Positions 18,889-28,246 are shown, counted from the first letter of the stretch. The stretch: DNA of 64,000 nucleotides from Patescibacteria group bacterium (GCA_019454415.1 JACFOI010000002.1:9474-73473); one strand, 5' to 3'. Notes: generated from the letters alone by a model not told the origin. Numbers and translations are program-made.

Positions 18889-19275
18889 TTACTTGATCTC
18901 GACGACACAGCCAGCCTCTTCCAAGGTTTTCTTGGCAGCATCTGCGTCTTCTTTCTTGACGTTCTCGAGTACTGGTTTAGGAGCAGACTCGACGAAAGCT
19001 TTTGCTTCGGCTAAGCCGAGCTCTGGCTTCAGGGTGCGGACAGCTTTAATTGCACCGATTTTGTTAGCACCACCATCTTTCAAGATAACGGTGAACTCGG
19101 TTTGCTCTTCAACAGCCTCACCAGCAGCACCAGCGGCTGGCATAGCGCCTGCCATCATCATAGGAGCGGCAGCGCTGACACCGAACTCTTCTTCCAGGGC
19201 TTTAACGAGCTCTGAAACTTCGATCAGAGTTAATTCCTTAACGGAATCAACGATTTTTTGAACTTTATCTGACAT
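18889..19275 (-). CDS. rplL: Ribosomal protein L7/L12
   Basis: [38 protein letters not shown]...[17 protein letters not shown]...[21 protein letters not shown] matches L7/L12. The start is taken at MSDKV, not the upstream in-frame ATG. Confidence 0.9.
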   Translation of the reverse strand: MSDKVQKIVDSVKELTLIEVSELVKALEEEFGVSAAAPMMMAGAMPAAGAAGEAVEEQTEFTVILKDGGANKIGAIKAVRTLKPELGLAEAKAFVESAPKPVLENVKKEDADAAKKTLEEAGCVVEIK

Positions 19276-19342
19276 AGTTTTCTTTCTGTACTCAGTCTTT
19301 TTCGAGGAAAAAGGACTCCTCCGACTGAGTTGAATCAATTAT

Positions 19343-19858
19343 TTATTCCTTTTTCTGGGCAATCGCATTCAAAGCGTAGACTAAGTTTCGTGGACCAGCA
19401 TTGAGGACATTGACCATACCGGTTGCTGGTGACTTGAGCACCATTAGCAACTTGGCGATCAGCTCGTTCTTGCTTGGTAACTTACTTAGTTCGACGACTT
19501 CATCCTCAGAGAGGACGCGATCATCCATGTACCCTTTTTTGATGGTTAACTTCTCGTTTTTCTTCTGGAAATCGAAAAGTACTTTTAACGGAGCGACCGG
19601 GTCAGTGTAGCTGAAGATCGCTGCATTCATACCATGCAGGGCGTCACTCAGCTTGCCTTTACCGACAGCTAAATCAATCAGGGTATTCTTGGCAACCACC
19701 ATCTCACCACCGGCTTCTTTGATCTTAGAACGAAGCTCAACCTGTTGGTTGACACTGGTTCCGGAGAAGTCAGTAATAACGATGGACTGTGCCTTGGTTG
19801 CTTTCTCGGTCAGAGAGGCAACTAGAGTTTGATTCTTTGCGTTTGGCGTAGATCTCAC
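19343..19858 (-). CDS. rplJ: Ribosomal protein L10
   Basis: The L10 fold is present (the IVITDFSGTSVNQQVELRSKIKEAGGEMVVAKNTL block). The position upstream of rplL is conserved. Confidence 0.9.
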   Translation of the reverse strand: MRSTPNAKNQTLVASLTEKATKAQSIVITDFSGTSVNQQVELRSKIKEAGGEMVVAKNTLIDLAVGKGKLSDALHGMNAAIFSYTDPVAPLKVLFDFQKKNEKLTIKKGYMDDRVLSEDEVVELSKLPSKNELIAKLLMVLKSPATGMVNVLNAGPRNLVYALNAIAQKKE

Positions 19859-19924
19859 CCCCGTTCCAATATCGTTTCTCCCGAAAAAAACGTTGCCGTT
19901 TCAATGTTTTATAACCAAAGGAGA

Positions 19925-19975
19925 AGGGTGGCGATGTCGCCGGAAACTGTGGTATCGCGATACCGCGGTATCACA
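19925..19975 (-). promoter_or_regulatory. Structured leader of rplJ, a candidate L10 autoregulatory element
   Basis: Two overlapping perfect palindromes sit just 5' of rplJ: GGTATCGCGATACC (19951-19964) and GATACCGCGGTATC (19959-19972). They would form mutually exclusive hairpins. A further hairpin GGCGATGTCGCC lies beside them. Confidence 0.35.
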
Positions 19976-20158
19976 GTGAGTGTCTCTCCTCGGCGTGTCT
20001 TCTAGGCGGAAGTTCGGGCTTCTGCCATGCACGCTGTCTTTGGATTCGGGAATTATAGCATATTCTCAAGAGCTTTTCTCATTTTCCTGCCACCATCACC
20101 TTGCCACCAAAAAGCCTCTCCGTAGAGAGGCTTTGAGTTCAATACATAAGACGAGTGG

Positions 20159-20884
20159 TTACTCGACCTCAACTTTGACGCCAGGGCTCATGCTGGAAGC
20201 GACCACCAAAGAAAGGAGCTTGCCTTTCAAGGACTTGACCAAGGTGTTGACGTTCTCGACAAGGGCGTCGGTGTCCATGGAGTTCTTGCCAATCCGGACG
20301 TGCATCAGGGGAGCTTTTTTCTCCGTCTTGATGGTCACGGTGCCTGCCTCAAGCTTTTTTTGAGCAGCTTCGGGATTAGGGGTCAATGTGCCGTTCTTGG
20401 GGTTTGGCATTAAGCCTTTTGGACCCAAGACAGGGGCAAACTTGGCGAGCTTTGGCATAAAGGAAGGATGGGCGACCAAGACATCAAAGTCGAGCTGTCC
20501 CTCAGCGATTTTTGCCAGGACTTCGTCAGAAGCAACAGCCACCCGTACTGACTTACCCGTTGAATGGGGGAGAGTCAGAGGGACACTAATGCCGGCTTCG
20601 CGGACAACTGCGTGGGCAGTGATGGTGCCGTCAAACTTTGTGTAGGACAGCTTCTTAACCAACTCAATTGCGGCTTTTGGCGCATACTTCTTGGTCTTGT
20701 CCACTTGGGCGCGGACAGCCACGTATTTGCCACTACGAACCCGACTTGCAGCTTTTTTCTTCTTCGGCTCTTCTGCAGGTGCAGTCTCAGTAGCCTCGAC
20801 AGAAGCAGCTGTAGCTTCGGGATCGGCAACGATCTTGATTTCGTCAGTTGAAGAGATAACTCCGGTGTTTCGTTTAGCTCCCAT
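20159..20884 (-). CDS. rplA: Ribosomal protein L1 with a roughly 48-aa N-terminal extension
   Basis: GKYVAVRAQVDKTKKYAPKAAIELVKK...FDGTITAHAV...PKGLMPNPKNGT matches L1. An acidic, Ala-rich extension precedes the conserved start. Confidence 0.9.
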   Translation of the reverse strand: MGAKRNTGVISSTDEIKIVADPEATAASVEATETAPAEEPKKKKAASRVRSGKYVAVRAQVDKTKKYAPKAAIELVKKLSYTKFDGTITAHAVVREAGISVPLTLPHSTGKSVRVAVASDEVLAKIAEGQLDFDVLVAHPSFMPKLAKFAPVLGPKGLMPNPKNGTLTPNPEAAQKKLEAGTVTIKTEKKAPLMHVRIGKNSMDTDALVENVNTLVKSLKGKLLSLVVASSMSPGVKVEVE

Positions 20885-20892
20885 AGTACTCC

Positions 20893-21315
20893 TTAGACAA
20901 TCTCCACACCCATGCTACGAGCAGTGCCCATAACGGTGTTCATCGCCATTTCTAAATCCTTGGTGTTCAAGTCAGGCAGTTTTTCTTGTGCAATAGCTTT
21001 GACTTGCTCTTTGGTCAGCTTGCCGACGGTGTTGCTGCCGGGGGTCTTACTTCCGGATTGCAGTTTCAGCACCTGCTTGATCATGGCAGAAACTGGTGGC
21101 AACTTGAGGACAAACGTGAATGAACGGTCCTCAAAGACGGTAATCTCAGCAGGAATGATTTGACCTTTTTTGTCTTGGGTCTTGGCATTGTACTGCTTCA
21201 AGAAGTCCATCATGTTAATACCAGCTTGTCCCAGGATAGGACCAACTGGAGGTGCAGGAGTTGCAGTTCCCGCTGGTAAGTTTAGCTTTAAGACGTTAAC
21301 GACTTTCTTCGCCAT
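20893..21315 (-). CDS. rplK: Ribosomal protein L11
   Basis: [38 protein letters not shown] matches L11. The start is taken at MAKKV. Confidence 0.9.
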   Translation of the reverse strand: MAKKVVNVLKLNLPAGTATPAPPVGPILGQAGINMMDFLKQYNAKTQDKKGQIIPAEITVFEDRSFTFVLKLPPVSAMIKQVLKLQSGSKTPGSNTVGKLTKEQVKAIAQEKLPDLNTKDLEMAMNTVMGTARSMGVEIV

Positions 21316-21518
21316 AGCTCTCCTTAAAGAGGGTCTTTTTTTCAAGTTATATACGTACGACGTTTGAGAGGGGATAAAACAAGACGACTGCTCGTCAAAA
21401 AGGTTGTGTTATCGCCCCGTTTCTTCTTCGTGTGGGACTTGTTAGCCCGAACAAAATCAAACGTGCTCCCTCAATATTTAGGCTCCCGAGGTGTGGAGAA
21501 ACTGAATTATAGCACAAC

Positions 21519-22148
21519 TTAGACTTTTTGAACCTGGAGGAAGTCCAGCTCGACGGGAGTCTCACGGCCAAAGATACTAACCAAGACTTCCACCTTGCCT
21601 TTACCTTCGTCGATAGACTTGACGGTACCCAAGAAGTCGTTGAAGGGTCCATCCACGATCCGGACGGCTTCGCCTTCGACGTAGTCGGCCTTGTACTGTG
21701 GAGTACCTTGCTTCATGTACTTCTGGATAGCTTGAACTTCATGCTTGGGAAGCGGGGTGGGCTTGTTACCGATACCAACAAAGCCAGTCACACCTTGAGT
21801 GGTGCGGACGGCCAGCCAAGCATCATCAGTTAACTCAAGCTTTACCAGCATGTAACCAGGGAAGATCTTTTCATTGATCGTTTTGCGTTGACCACGTTTA
21901 ATCTGGATTTTCTCCTGAACAGGAATCAAAACTTCCAGGATCTGACCAGTCAGGTTAAGGGTTTGGGTACGCTGCTTCAGGGTTTCTGCAACTTTGTTCT
22001 CATGTCCTGAGTAGGTGTGAACGACATACCAGCGAGCTTTAGGGTTTTCCGCCTCAGAGATGATGACGTGATTGGGCGTGGAAACCTTCACTTCCTGAAT
22101 GTCAGGAACTTGAATTGGACCGGTTGGGATGTTGTTGTTATCTGTCAT
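21519..22148 (-). CDS. nusG: Transcription termination/antitermination factor NusG
   Basis: WYVVHTYSGHENKV is the NGN domain. The C-terminal KOW region reads GEAVRIVDGPFNDFLGTVKSID. The gene sits in the conserved secE-nusG-rplK context. Confidence 0.9.
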   Translation of the reverse strand: MTDNNNIPTGPIQVPDIQEVKVSTPNHVIISEAENPKARWYVVHTYSGHENKVAETLKQRTQTLNLTGQILEVLIPVQEKIQIKRGQRKTINEKIFPGYMLVKLELTDDAWLAVRTTQGVTGFVGIGNKPTPLPKHEVQAIQKYMKQGTPQYKADYVEGEAVRIVDGPFNDFLGTVKSIDEGKGKVEVLVSIFGRETPVELDFLQVQKV

Positions 22149-22161
22149 ATATGTTGCTTTT

Positions 22162-22362
22162 TCAGCCGATTAAGAAGGTCATTAATCGAGTAAAAATAAA
22201 ATCTAAGAAACCAATATAAATACCGACTGCAATACTTACCGAAATAACCAACAGCGTTTTTTGGATGGTTTGCTGACGATCTGGCCAAGTGACTCGTTGG
22301 AGTTCCTGGCGAACTTCGGTCAGGTATTTTACCACTGGTAAGGTTCGGGTACCCTCAGACAT
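22162..22362 (-). CDS. secE: Preprotein translocase subunit SecE
   Basis: This is a 66-aa protein with EVRQELQRVTWPDRQQT followed by a single TM helix. It lies directly upstream of nusG. Confidence 0.8.
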   Translation of the reverse strand: MSEGTRTLPVVKYLTEVRQELQRVTWPDRQQTIQKTLLVISVSIAVGIYIGFLDFIFTRLMTFLIG

Positions 22363-22434
22363 TAGGCAGCTATTGTATCAGTTTCAGGGCAAATTACCAA
22401 GGTACGAACTATGGTTTGGCCCGATCTGGCGGTA

Positions 22435-24471
22435 TTAGACAGTAGGAGGTGTCTCTGGTGGTTCCTTCGAGGGTTCTGATTGAGCCGTTGAAGAAGAAGA
22501 TGGTGGGGGCGTCTGCGCAGACTGCTCTGTCCCTGGCATATTCTCCAGCACCTTTCGCTCACGGAGGCGGTCCATCATTGAAGAAGTCGGTGAAGATGGG
22601 CTTGGTGGTGTAGGCGTCGGTGAAGTCGACGAAGGTACTGATGAGGGCGAGGTCGTCACTGATGGAGCTGCTGAGGACTCAGAAGCCTGTGTTTTCAGCG
22701 CATTAATCTTTTTCTGCAGATCATCCTCATATGCTGTCTTTGGTGGTTCTCTGCGAGCTTGGATAACAGTGGGAGGGCGATTGCCCGTCCGGCCAAGCAC
22801 TGCAAAGATCAGTGCCAAGATGAACAAGACCAATCCGACGGCAACGGCAATAACGGGCAAGGAGATTCCTCTGGCTTGCATGTCGGCAAAGAACTTGCTT
22901 AAGAAAGATTGAGATGGATTGGTCTCCGGTCGTTGATCAAGTAAAGAAGGAGAAGCAGTCGGAGAGACTGATGACAGTGGACTACTGCTTGGTCGGACTG
23001 AGGCTGAGGCAGTGGGAGACTCGGTTGGCACCACTTTGACTTCACCTTTTTCGCCAGCGAGGCCTGTCTGGCTACCCTTACTAATAACACCGGCCGTGGC
23101 AGCGGAGCAGCTCAAGCTACTCGGATTGGTAGCTAGGCGGCAGGCACCTTGGTAACAGCGCAGGTTAACGGCACAGTCTCGATTAGAGCTGCACTCTTTA
23201 TTACAGCTCTGGACGACATTGCTGGCAATCGTACTTGAGGGAGCAGAGCAGGTGGAGCTGTCCGGATTATCCGGGCGGCGACACTGATTGAAGAAACAGG
23301 TATATCCAGACTGACACTCAGTACTATCGGCACAGTATTGGTTACAGCTACTTAGGTTACTAGCGCCACCTACACCATTATCGGCATTAAAGGTGACCAG
23401 CAGGACGTTGTTGCTCTCATTAGACTCGGCATATGCACTACGCGAGTCTGTAGTCATCCGCAGCGTGTTGTCCGGGACAGTCGTAAAGACAGTTTCGATA
23501 CTATCACTGGCTCCGTCTGCATGGTTGGCAATCAACGAGTAGGGCAAGTCATCAGTCACGTAGGAGCTACCTTGGCCGTTCACAACAAAGGCTGTTTGAA
23601 CGGGAGAAGTGTCGGTGGTTGAAGATTTTTTAGCATTTTGGACACCATACTGTACCCGAATTCGGTAGGTTTCATATGGTTTCAAGTCAGCCAACGCAAC
23701 TTCGGTCCGAGCTGAATCATTGGTGAAGAACTTCAGATACACTTGGTCACTTCGCAGCCAGAAATCATCCCCAGTCGGATTGGGCGTAGGGGTGGGAGTT
23801 GGTGAAGGTGACGGGGTAGGGGAAACAGAAGGGCTGGGAGATGGACTAGGACTACTGCCGGCGATGATAGTAAAGGTCACGTCCTCAGGAGTTCTGAGCT
23901 CGTCTTTTGGCGGGTTAGTATTAGCGACCGTGGCAAAGGAGTTGTCCTTATCGTAAACGAATGACATTGTGCCAGGTCCCCGAAGTGGAACTGAGAGTTT
24001 GGCAAACGTAGTCGGCGAAGTACTGGCAAATGACTGACCGAGAACTTTGGGCGTCACAATCACAGAGACGAGGTAGCCATCACTAAGCTGCTCAACTTCC
24101 TGGAAGATGGGTTGAAGGTCACCGTTAGGAATCTCGATGGTTGGAGTTTCGGCGTTGGCAGTCAATTTGGTAACGATCTGAATCCCAGTCAGCTGTACAC
24201 CTTGCGAGTTGTACTTTAGTTCAATGGTGGAAGGCGCTCCTGAAGTGTAAACGGCCGAGCTGGTCAGCTGTGATGTTAAGATGACTTGTCCACCAGCGAC
24301 TGAAGCAGCACTGCGTGTTTCCTGAGACTCTTGAAGCGGCTGTTGGAAATAAAACAAACTTGCCGCTCCCAACGCCACAAACAGCAAAGAAGCCGCGGAC
24401 AAAATTAGCGGCACCATACTCATCTTTGGTTTCTCAACGTAGATGATGTTGTCTTTGACGACTTTTTGCAT
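22435..24471 (-). CDS. Membrane-anchored surface protein: N-terminal TM helix, beta-sandwich domain (possibly cohesin-like), P/S/T linker, CARDB-like domain (ESNESNNV), two Cys-rich modules, a second TM helix and a P/S/T-rich tail
   Basis: Hydrophobic segments occur at the N-terminus and at ISLPVIAVAVGLVLFILALIFAVL. The linker is PSPSPSVSPTPSPSPTPTPTPNP. The CARDB signature is AYAESNESNNVLLV. Cysteine spacing is repeated: CNQYCADSTECQSGYTCFFNQC and CNKECSSNRDCAVNLRCYQGAC. Confidence 0.6.
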   Translation of the reverse strand: MQKVVKDNIIYVEKPKMSMVPLILSAASLLFVALGAASLFYFQQPLQESQETRSAASVAGGQVILTSQLTSSAVYTSGAPSTIELKYNSQGVQLTGIQIVTKLTANAETPTIEIPNGDLQPIFQEVEQLSDGYLVSVIVTPKVLGQSFASTSPTTFAKLSVPLRGPGTMSFVYDKDNSFATVANTNPPKDELRTPEDVTFTIIAGSSPSPSPSPSVSPTPSPSPTPTPTPNPTGDDFWLRSDQVYLKFFTNDSARTEVALADLKPYETYRIRVQYGVQNAKKSSTTDTSPVQTAFVVNGQGSSYVTDDLPYSLIANHADGASDSIETVFTTVPDNTLRMTTDSRSAYAESNESNNVLLVTFNADNGVGGASNLSSCNQYCADSTECQSGYTCFFNQCRRPDNPDSSTCSAPSSTIASNVVQSCNKECSSNRDCAVNLRCYQGACRLATNPSSLSCSAATAGVISKGSQTGLAGEKGEVKVVPTESPTASASVRPSSSPLSSVSPTASPSLLDQRPETNPSQSFLSKFFADMQARGISLPVIAVAVGLVLFILALIFAVLGRTGNRPPTVIQARREPPKTAYEDDLQKKINALKTQASESSAAPSVTTSPSSVPSSTSPTPTPPSPSSPTSSMMDRLRERKVLENMPGTEQSAQTPPPSSSSTAQSEPSKEPPETPPTV

Positions 24472-24481
24472 GCCCTTTTCC

Positions 24482-25042
24482 TTACGTACTCAAGCTCACC
24501 AGTAAGATATGGTAATCAAGTAGGTTTACCTTGCCATCGCCGTTGATATCGGCCTGTAAATCCGGCCCTGTCTGAAATAACTCATTAACCAGAATAGCAT
24601 AATCTAAGAGGTTTACTCTCCCGTCTCCGTTGAGGTCAGCTGGTGATGTGCTAGGTGAGGGGGAAGGCGAAGGAGAGGGAGAGGCAGCGGGACTCGGCGA
24701 TGGACTTGCTGAAGGAGATGGGCTCGGAGATGGAGAAGGATTAGCTTGGTCTAAACAAGCCTGCACTTGGGGAGTAATGGTAAAAGCACAGTTGCCGGCT
24801 GAATTTCGTTCGCAAGCCGCTTGCTGCAAGCAGGCAAACTCCGGTTTAAAGATACAGGTGGTAGATAGTTCTGAGCCGGCAGGAACACACAGCTCGCCAC
24901 TACAACCGGTACGGACGCAGCCGGGTAACGGTGACGTAGAAGGGGAAGGAGAAACCGCTTGGGCAAACACTGACGGAGACAGAATTGCGCTTACAACAGC
25001 ACAGAAAACGAAGGAAGCAATCAACAAAAAATGCTTTTTCAT
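24482..25042 (-). CDS. Secreted Cys-rich protein with a C-terminal type-I dockerin-like tandem repeat
   Basis: The signal peptide is MKKHFLLIASFVFCAVVSAILSPSVFAQA. The Cys-rich domain is followed by a (PS)n linker. Two calcium-binding repeats close the protein: DLNGDGRVNLLDYAILVNEL and DINGDGKVNLLDYHILLVSL. Confidence 0.65.
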   Translation of the reverse strand: MKKHFLLIASFVFCAVVSAILSPSVFAQAVSPSPSTSPLPGCVRTGCSGELCVPAGSELSTTCIFKPEFACLQQAACERNSAGNCAFTITPQVQACLDQANPSPSPSPSPSASPSPSPAASPSPSPSPSPSTSPADLNGDGRVNLLDYAILVNELFQTGPDLQADINGDGKVNLLDYHILLVSLST

Positions 25043-25232
25043 ACAACACAAAAGTTCCATAAAAGAACTCGTAAGAATCATTTTAAGCACATCGAAAGAA
25101 GGAAGGGAAGAGAGAGTCTGATTTCCGGGTCCATATACCATCTTGTCAAGTTTGCATTCTGAATATCGTTAACATACAATCGGTCGCGAATCTACGTAAA
25201 AAAAGTTGGGTTTTCCCGAGGAAACTTGACCT

Positions 25233-26123
25233 ATGTCATCTGAAAAACGCATCCGCAAAGCGGTCATTACTGATGCTGGTTTTGCTAGCCGTTACCTGCC
25301 GATTACTAAGACAATTCCAAAAGCAATGCTCCCGCTGGGAAACCGCCCGATCATGCAATTTGTGGTAGAAGAGTGTGTAGAGGCGGGCATTGAAGAGATC
25401 ATCATCGTGGCCACCCCTGAAGGTAAGCCAATCTACGAAGACTACTTCAACAACAGTGTCAACCGCATCCGCAAGCAGCTGTCCAGCCAGGGGAAAGAGG
25501 ACCGCTATGAGCCGGTGCAGCACGTTCTTGATTATCCAAAGATTGTCGTCATTGAGCAGGACCCCAGCTTCCCGTATGGAAATGGCTCACCGGTGGCTTC
25601 AGCTCAGAAGTTCTTAGAGGGCGAGGAAGCATTCTTGGTTCTCTATAGCGATGACGTGGTTTTTGGTAACCCCGGCGACGCCAAAGTAATGGTGGATTTA
25701 TATAACCAAGATCCTACTGTCTCCGGAATAATCATGGCGCAGGAAGTGGAACCAAAAGTCGTTGATAAGTATGGAATCATTTCGTTCCGGGCCGGTAGTG
25801 ACGAGTTACTTGATAACATTATCGAAAAACCGGACCCCGCTGAGGCTCCGTCTCACTTGGCTTCTTATGGTCGCTATCTGTTAAAACCAAACATCTTCAA
25901 GTTTCTCGATCCGGCCAACACCGGCAAAGATGGCGAGCTGTGGACGGTGGATGCTATCACCCAGATTGCCAAGAGCGAACGTGTCTTGGTCGAACGTACC
26001 AAAGCTCAGTGGATGACGACTGGAGATCCGGAAAACTACTTCCATGCACATCTCAAATTCGTGATCGATAATGAGAAATATGGTGCTAAAGTGAAAGAGT
26101 GGGTGGAAGAACTCAGCCGCTAG
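25233..26123 (+). CDS. galU: UTP-glucose-1-phosphate uridylyltransferase (GalU-like nucleotidyltransferase)
   Basis: KAVITDAGFASRYLPITKTIPKAMLPLGNRPIMQFVVEECVEAGIEEI matches the GalU N-terminus. Confidence 0.8.
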   Translation: MSSEKRIRKAVITDAGFASRYLPITKTIPKAMLPLGNRPIMQFVVEECVEAGIEEIIIVATPEGKPIYEDYFNNSVNRIRKQLSSQGKEDRYEPVQHVLDYPKIVVIEQDPSFPYGNGSPVASAQKFLEGEEAFLVLYSDDVVFGNPGDAKVMVDLYNQDPTVSGIIMAQEVEPKVVDKYGIISFRAGSDELLDNIIEKPDPAEAPSHLASYGRYLLKPNIFKFLDPANTGKDGELWTVDAITQIAKSERVLVERTKAQWMTTGDPENYFHAHLKFVIDNEKYGAKVKEWVEELSR

Positions 26124-26409
26124 GGAAACAGTGATGTCTCTGTAGCAGGCTGCACACAGACAACGTTCCTTAATAGTCCTGCGTGAGAGGCATGTTTTCC
26201 TCGATACTTTTCCTCTTACGGGTTTATGGGTTGTTTGCTTTATCCGTGGATAAGGTAACGCCTTACCCACTTTGCCGTTGGGGGAAGGCCAACCTCACGC
26301 AGGGTTTTTAGGGAACGTTTTATGTACAGGGTCGTCAGTCTGTTGAGAAAAAAGACTCGCTGGTACTCTAAACTGGGCAGCTCATGGTAAAATCTCTGCT
26401 CGTATCTTT

Positions 26410-26485
26410 GCCTTTGTAGCTCAGTTGGCAGAGCGCAGTCTTGGTAAGACTGAGGTCTCGGGTTCGATTCCCGACAAAGGCTCCA
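26410..26485 (+). tRNA. tRNA-Thr (anticodon GGU), with CCA encoded
   Basis: The acceptor is GCCTTTG/CAAAGGC. The anticodon stem CAGTC/GACTG carries loop TTGGTAA. T loop TTCGATT. The 3' end is TCCA. An extended -10 element TGGTAAAAT lies about 20 nt upstream. Confidence 0.85.
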
Positions 26486-26518
26486 TATGGCAGAGTATTC
26501 CGGAGTCACAGCGACTGG

Positions 26519-28084
26519 TTAATCTTGAAGCTGGTCAGATGAATAAGGAATAGCTGAGTTCTGGGCGAAGATGTTTCCTAAGTTGTCCTGGAGGAAACGA
26601 TCCCATTTTGGATTGGCAGATTGAGTTTTTTCCTTTTCCCATTGTTGTCTCAATAGAGCAAATTTCTGTGCAGTATTTTCCCAGTAAGATAAGAGAACTT
26701 CGTCAATCACTTTTTCGAACTCAGGAAAATCGACACGGAGCATTTGTTGTAACTCAATGAACTTCTGCACTCTTTCAGCAATAGCGTCTGTTCCATGATT
26801 GAAAATAAGCAACCGCACCAAATACTCTGAGATATTGGATGTTTCTGTCAACTCATGCACGAGTGGAGTTTGTTCTTCCATATATTCCAGTGCAGTCCCA
26901 GGTTTCCGCTCGCTTACTTTGAGCAAGAAACTTCGATTTAGATGGGGATAAGCGAGTTGAAGTTCATTGAATGCCTGATAGATAGCTTCAACGCGATCCA
27001 GTGGTCGGTTAGCCTCGGAAATAAGAGCCCGGTAAAAAACGTGCAGCGGGAAGTTGGGGTAACGCTCAGAGAAGGTTTCGCGTTGTTTGCGAGCCAACTG
27101 CAAAAAATTTTCGGGATTTTCCGATTGATGACTGAGTGCTACTTTTAATATCCACTCTGGGAAGTCCGCAAACTCTGCCCGCAGAGTGTGCAGTTTGTTC
27201 AGGTACTCGGTCAGGAATGCTTCCGGATTTTTGGTCGAAAGCAGGGCAAACTGTATGGTAGATTTGGGAACCTCAGGATAGCGGTCTACAAGCAATGGAA
27301 GTTTTTCGGCTGCTTTTTCCAAGAGCGACTCTGTTTCACGAGGGTGCTCTCTGATTGCTTTAATAATTTGTGTTGGAGAGAACTGGGGAAATTTTGCGGA
27401 GAGCAAGTTTGCTTGCTCTTGATACCACAAAAGTACTGCCTCTGGATCATCATGTCTATACACAGTGTTCAGGATTGTGAAGCGTCCAAATTGGGGAAAC
27501 TTCTCCATGTAAGAATCAGTCTTCTGAAGAGTCTGTTCAATTACGGGTACAGGATTGCGCCGGGAACGCCAGACAAGATCAAAAATAAAAGACTCTGGGA
27601 AGTCATACTTGTTGGCTAAACGGCGAAGCGTATAGGGAAGTTGGCGGAAGGTTGATGTCAGTAACTTTTGGGTTTTAGATGGCGGGTATCCATGTCGTTG
27701 TGCCTCTCGCAATGTATGCAAAAAGTCTGTTGCATGGCCTACGGCCAGATCAAAAAGCTGTGAGCCATCGGAATCCTCAAGTGGCGGGAGAATACCGTTT
27801 CTTTCTAAACGCAGGTAGAGAAGAACAAGCAGCTCTAGGCTCTCTTCAAACAGTTTTTCGCCGTCTTCGACTGTTAATTCTGCGTTGGTCAAGAGTGGGA
27901 TTACCTCTTGCTCGAAAAAACTCCGGTTTATGTGGATAATTTCTTGGACAATCTGATACGCTCGTTCAGAAAGAGCGAGTACTTCTGGGGTTCTCTCACC
28001 GCGAGCATAAGTATTGGCATCTAGAATTCGTCTTTTGGCGTCATGTGTGGTGCGACTGGCTTTGAGAAGGACTTCATAATTCAT
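26519..28084 (-). CDS. Hypothetical protein containing about seven tandem ~36-aa helical repeats of the form [FY]PxF...NPE.FL..Y
   Basis: By-eye repeat units include KFPQFGRFTILNTVYRHDDPEAVLLWYQ, KFPQFSPTQIIKAIREHPRE, YPEVPKSTIQFALLSTKNPEAFLTEYL, FADFPEWILKVALSHQSENPENFLQL, YPNFPLHVFYRALISEANRPLDRV and YPHLNRSFLLKV. Confidence 0.6.
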   Translation of the reverse strand: MNYEVLLKASRTTHDAKRRILDANTYARGERTPEVLALSERAYQIVQEIIHINRSFFEQEVIPLLTNAELTVEDGEKLFEESLELLVLLYLRLERNGILPPLEDSDGSQLFDLAVGHATDFLHTLREAQRHGYPPSKTQKLLTSTFRQLPYTLRRLANKYDFPESFIFDLVWRSRRNPVPVIEQTLQKTDSYMEKFPQFGRFTILNTVYRHDDPEAVLLWYQEQANLLSAKFPQFSPTQIIKAIREHPRETESLLEKAAEKLPLLVDRYPEVPKSTIQFALLSTKNPEAFLTEYLNKLHTLRAEFADFPEWILKVALSHQSENPENFLQLARKQRETFSERYPNFPLHVFYRALISEANRPLDRVEAIYQAFNELQLAYPHLNRSFLLKVSERKPGTALEYMEEQTPLVHELTETSNISEYLVRLLIFNHGTDAIAERVQKFIELQQMLRVDFPEFEKVIDEVLLSYWENTAQKFALLRQQWEKEKTQSANPKWDRFLQDNLGNIFAQNSAIPYSSDQLQD

Positions 28085-28172
28085 GAGACTATTTTAATAG
28101 TTATAGGACTTTTAGTCAAGGTGATAAGAAAAAACTCACAAAAAACGTTGTAAAATGACGAAAGCAATAGTG

Positions 28173-28246
28173 AGCCTTCTTAGGGATTCGAACCCTAGAC
28201 CTGCTGTTTACAAAACAGCCGCTCTAACCAGCTGAGCTAAGAAGGC
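28173..28246 (-). tRNA. tRNA-Thr (anticodon UGU)
   Basis: The acceptor is GCCTTCT/AGAAGGC. The anticodon stem GCTGT/ACAGC carries loop TTTGTAA. The T arm is TAGGGTTCGAATCCCTA. Confidence 0.8.

Noticed and set aside
26240-26509. 89-aa minus-strand ORF overlapping tRNA-Thr(GGU). Nearby inverted repeats TTATCC-GT-GGATAA and GGTAA-CGCC-TTACC at 26240-26267
   Set aside because: The ORF overlaps a confident tRNA gene. The inverted repeats could be an operator or the galU terminator region, but they have no T-run and no known motif, so the evidence is too weak to call.
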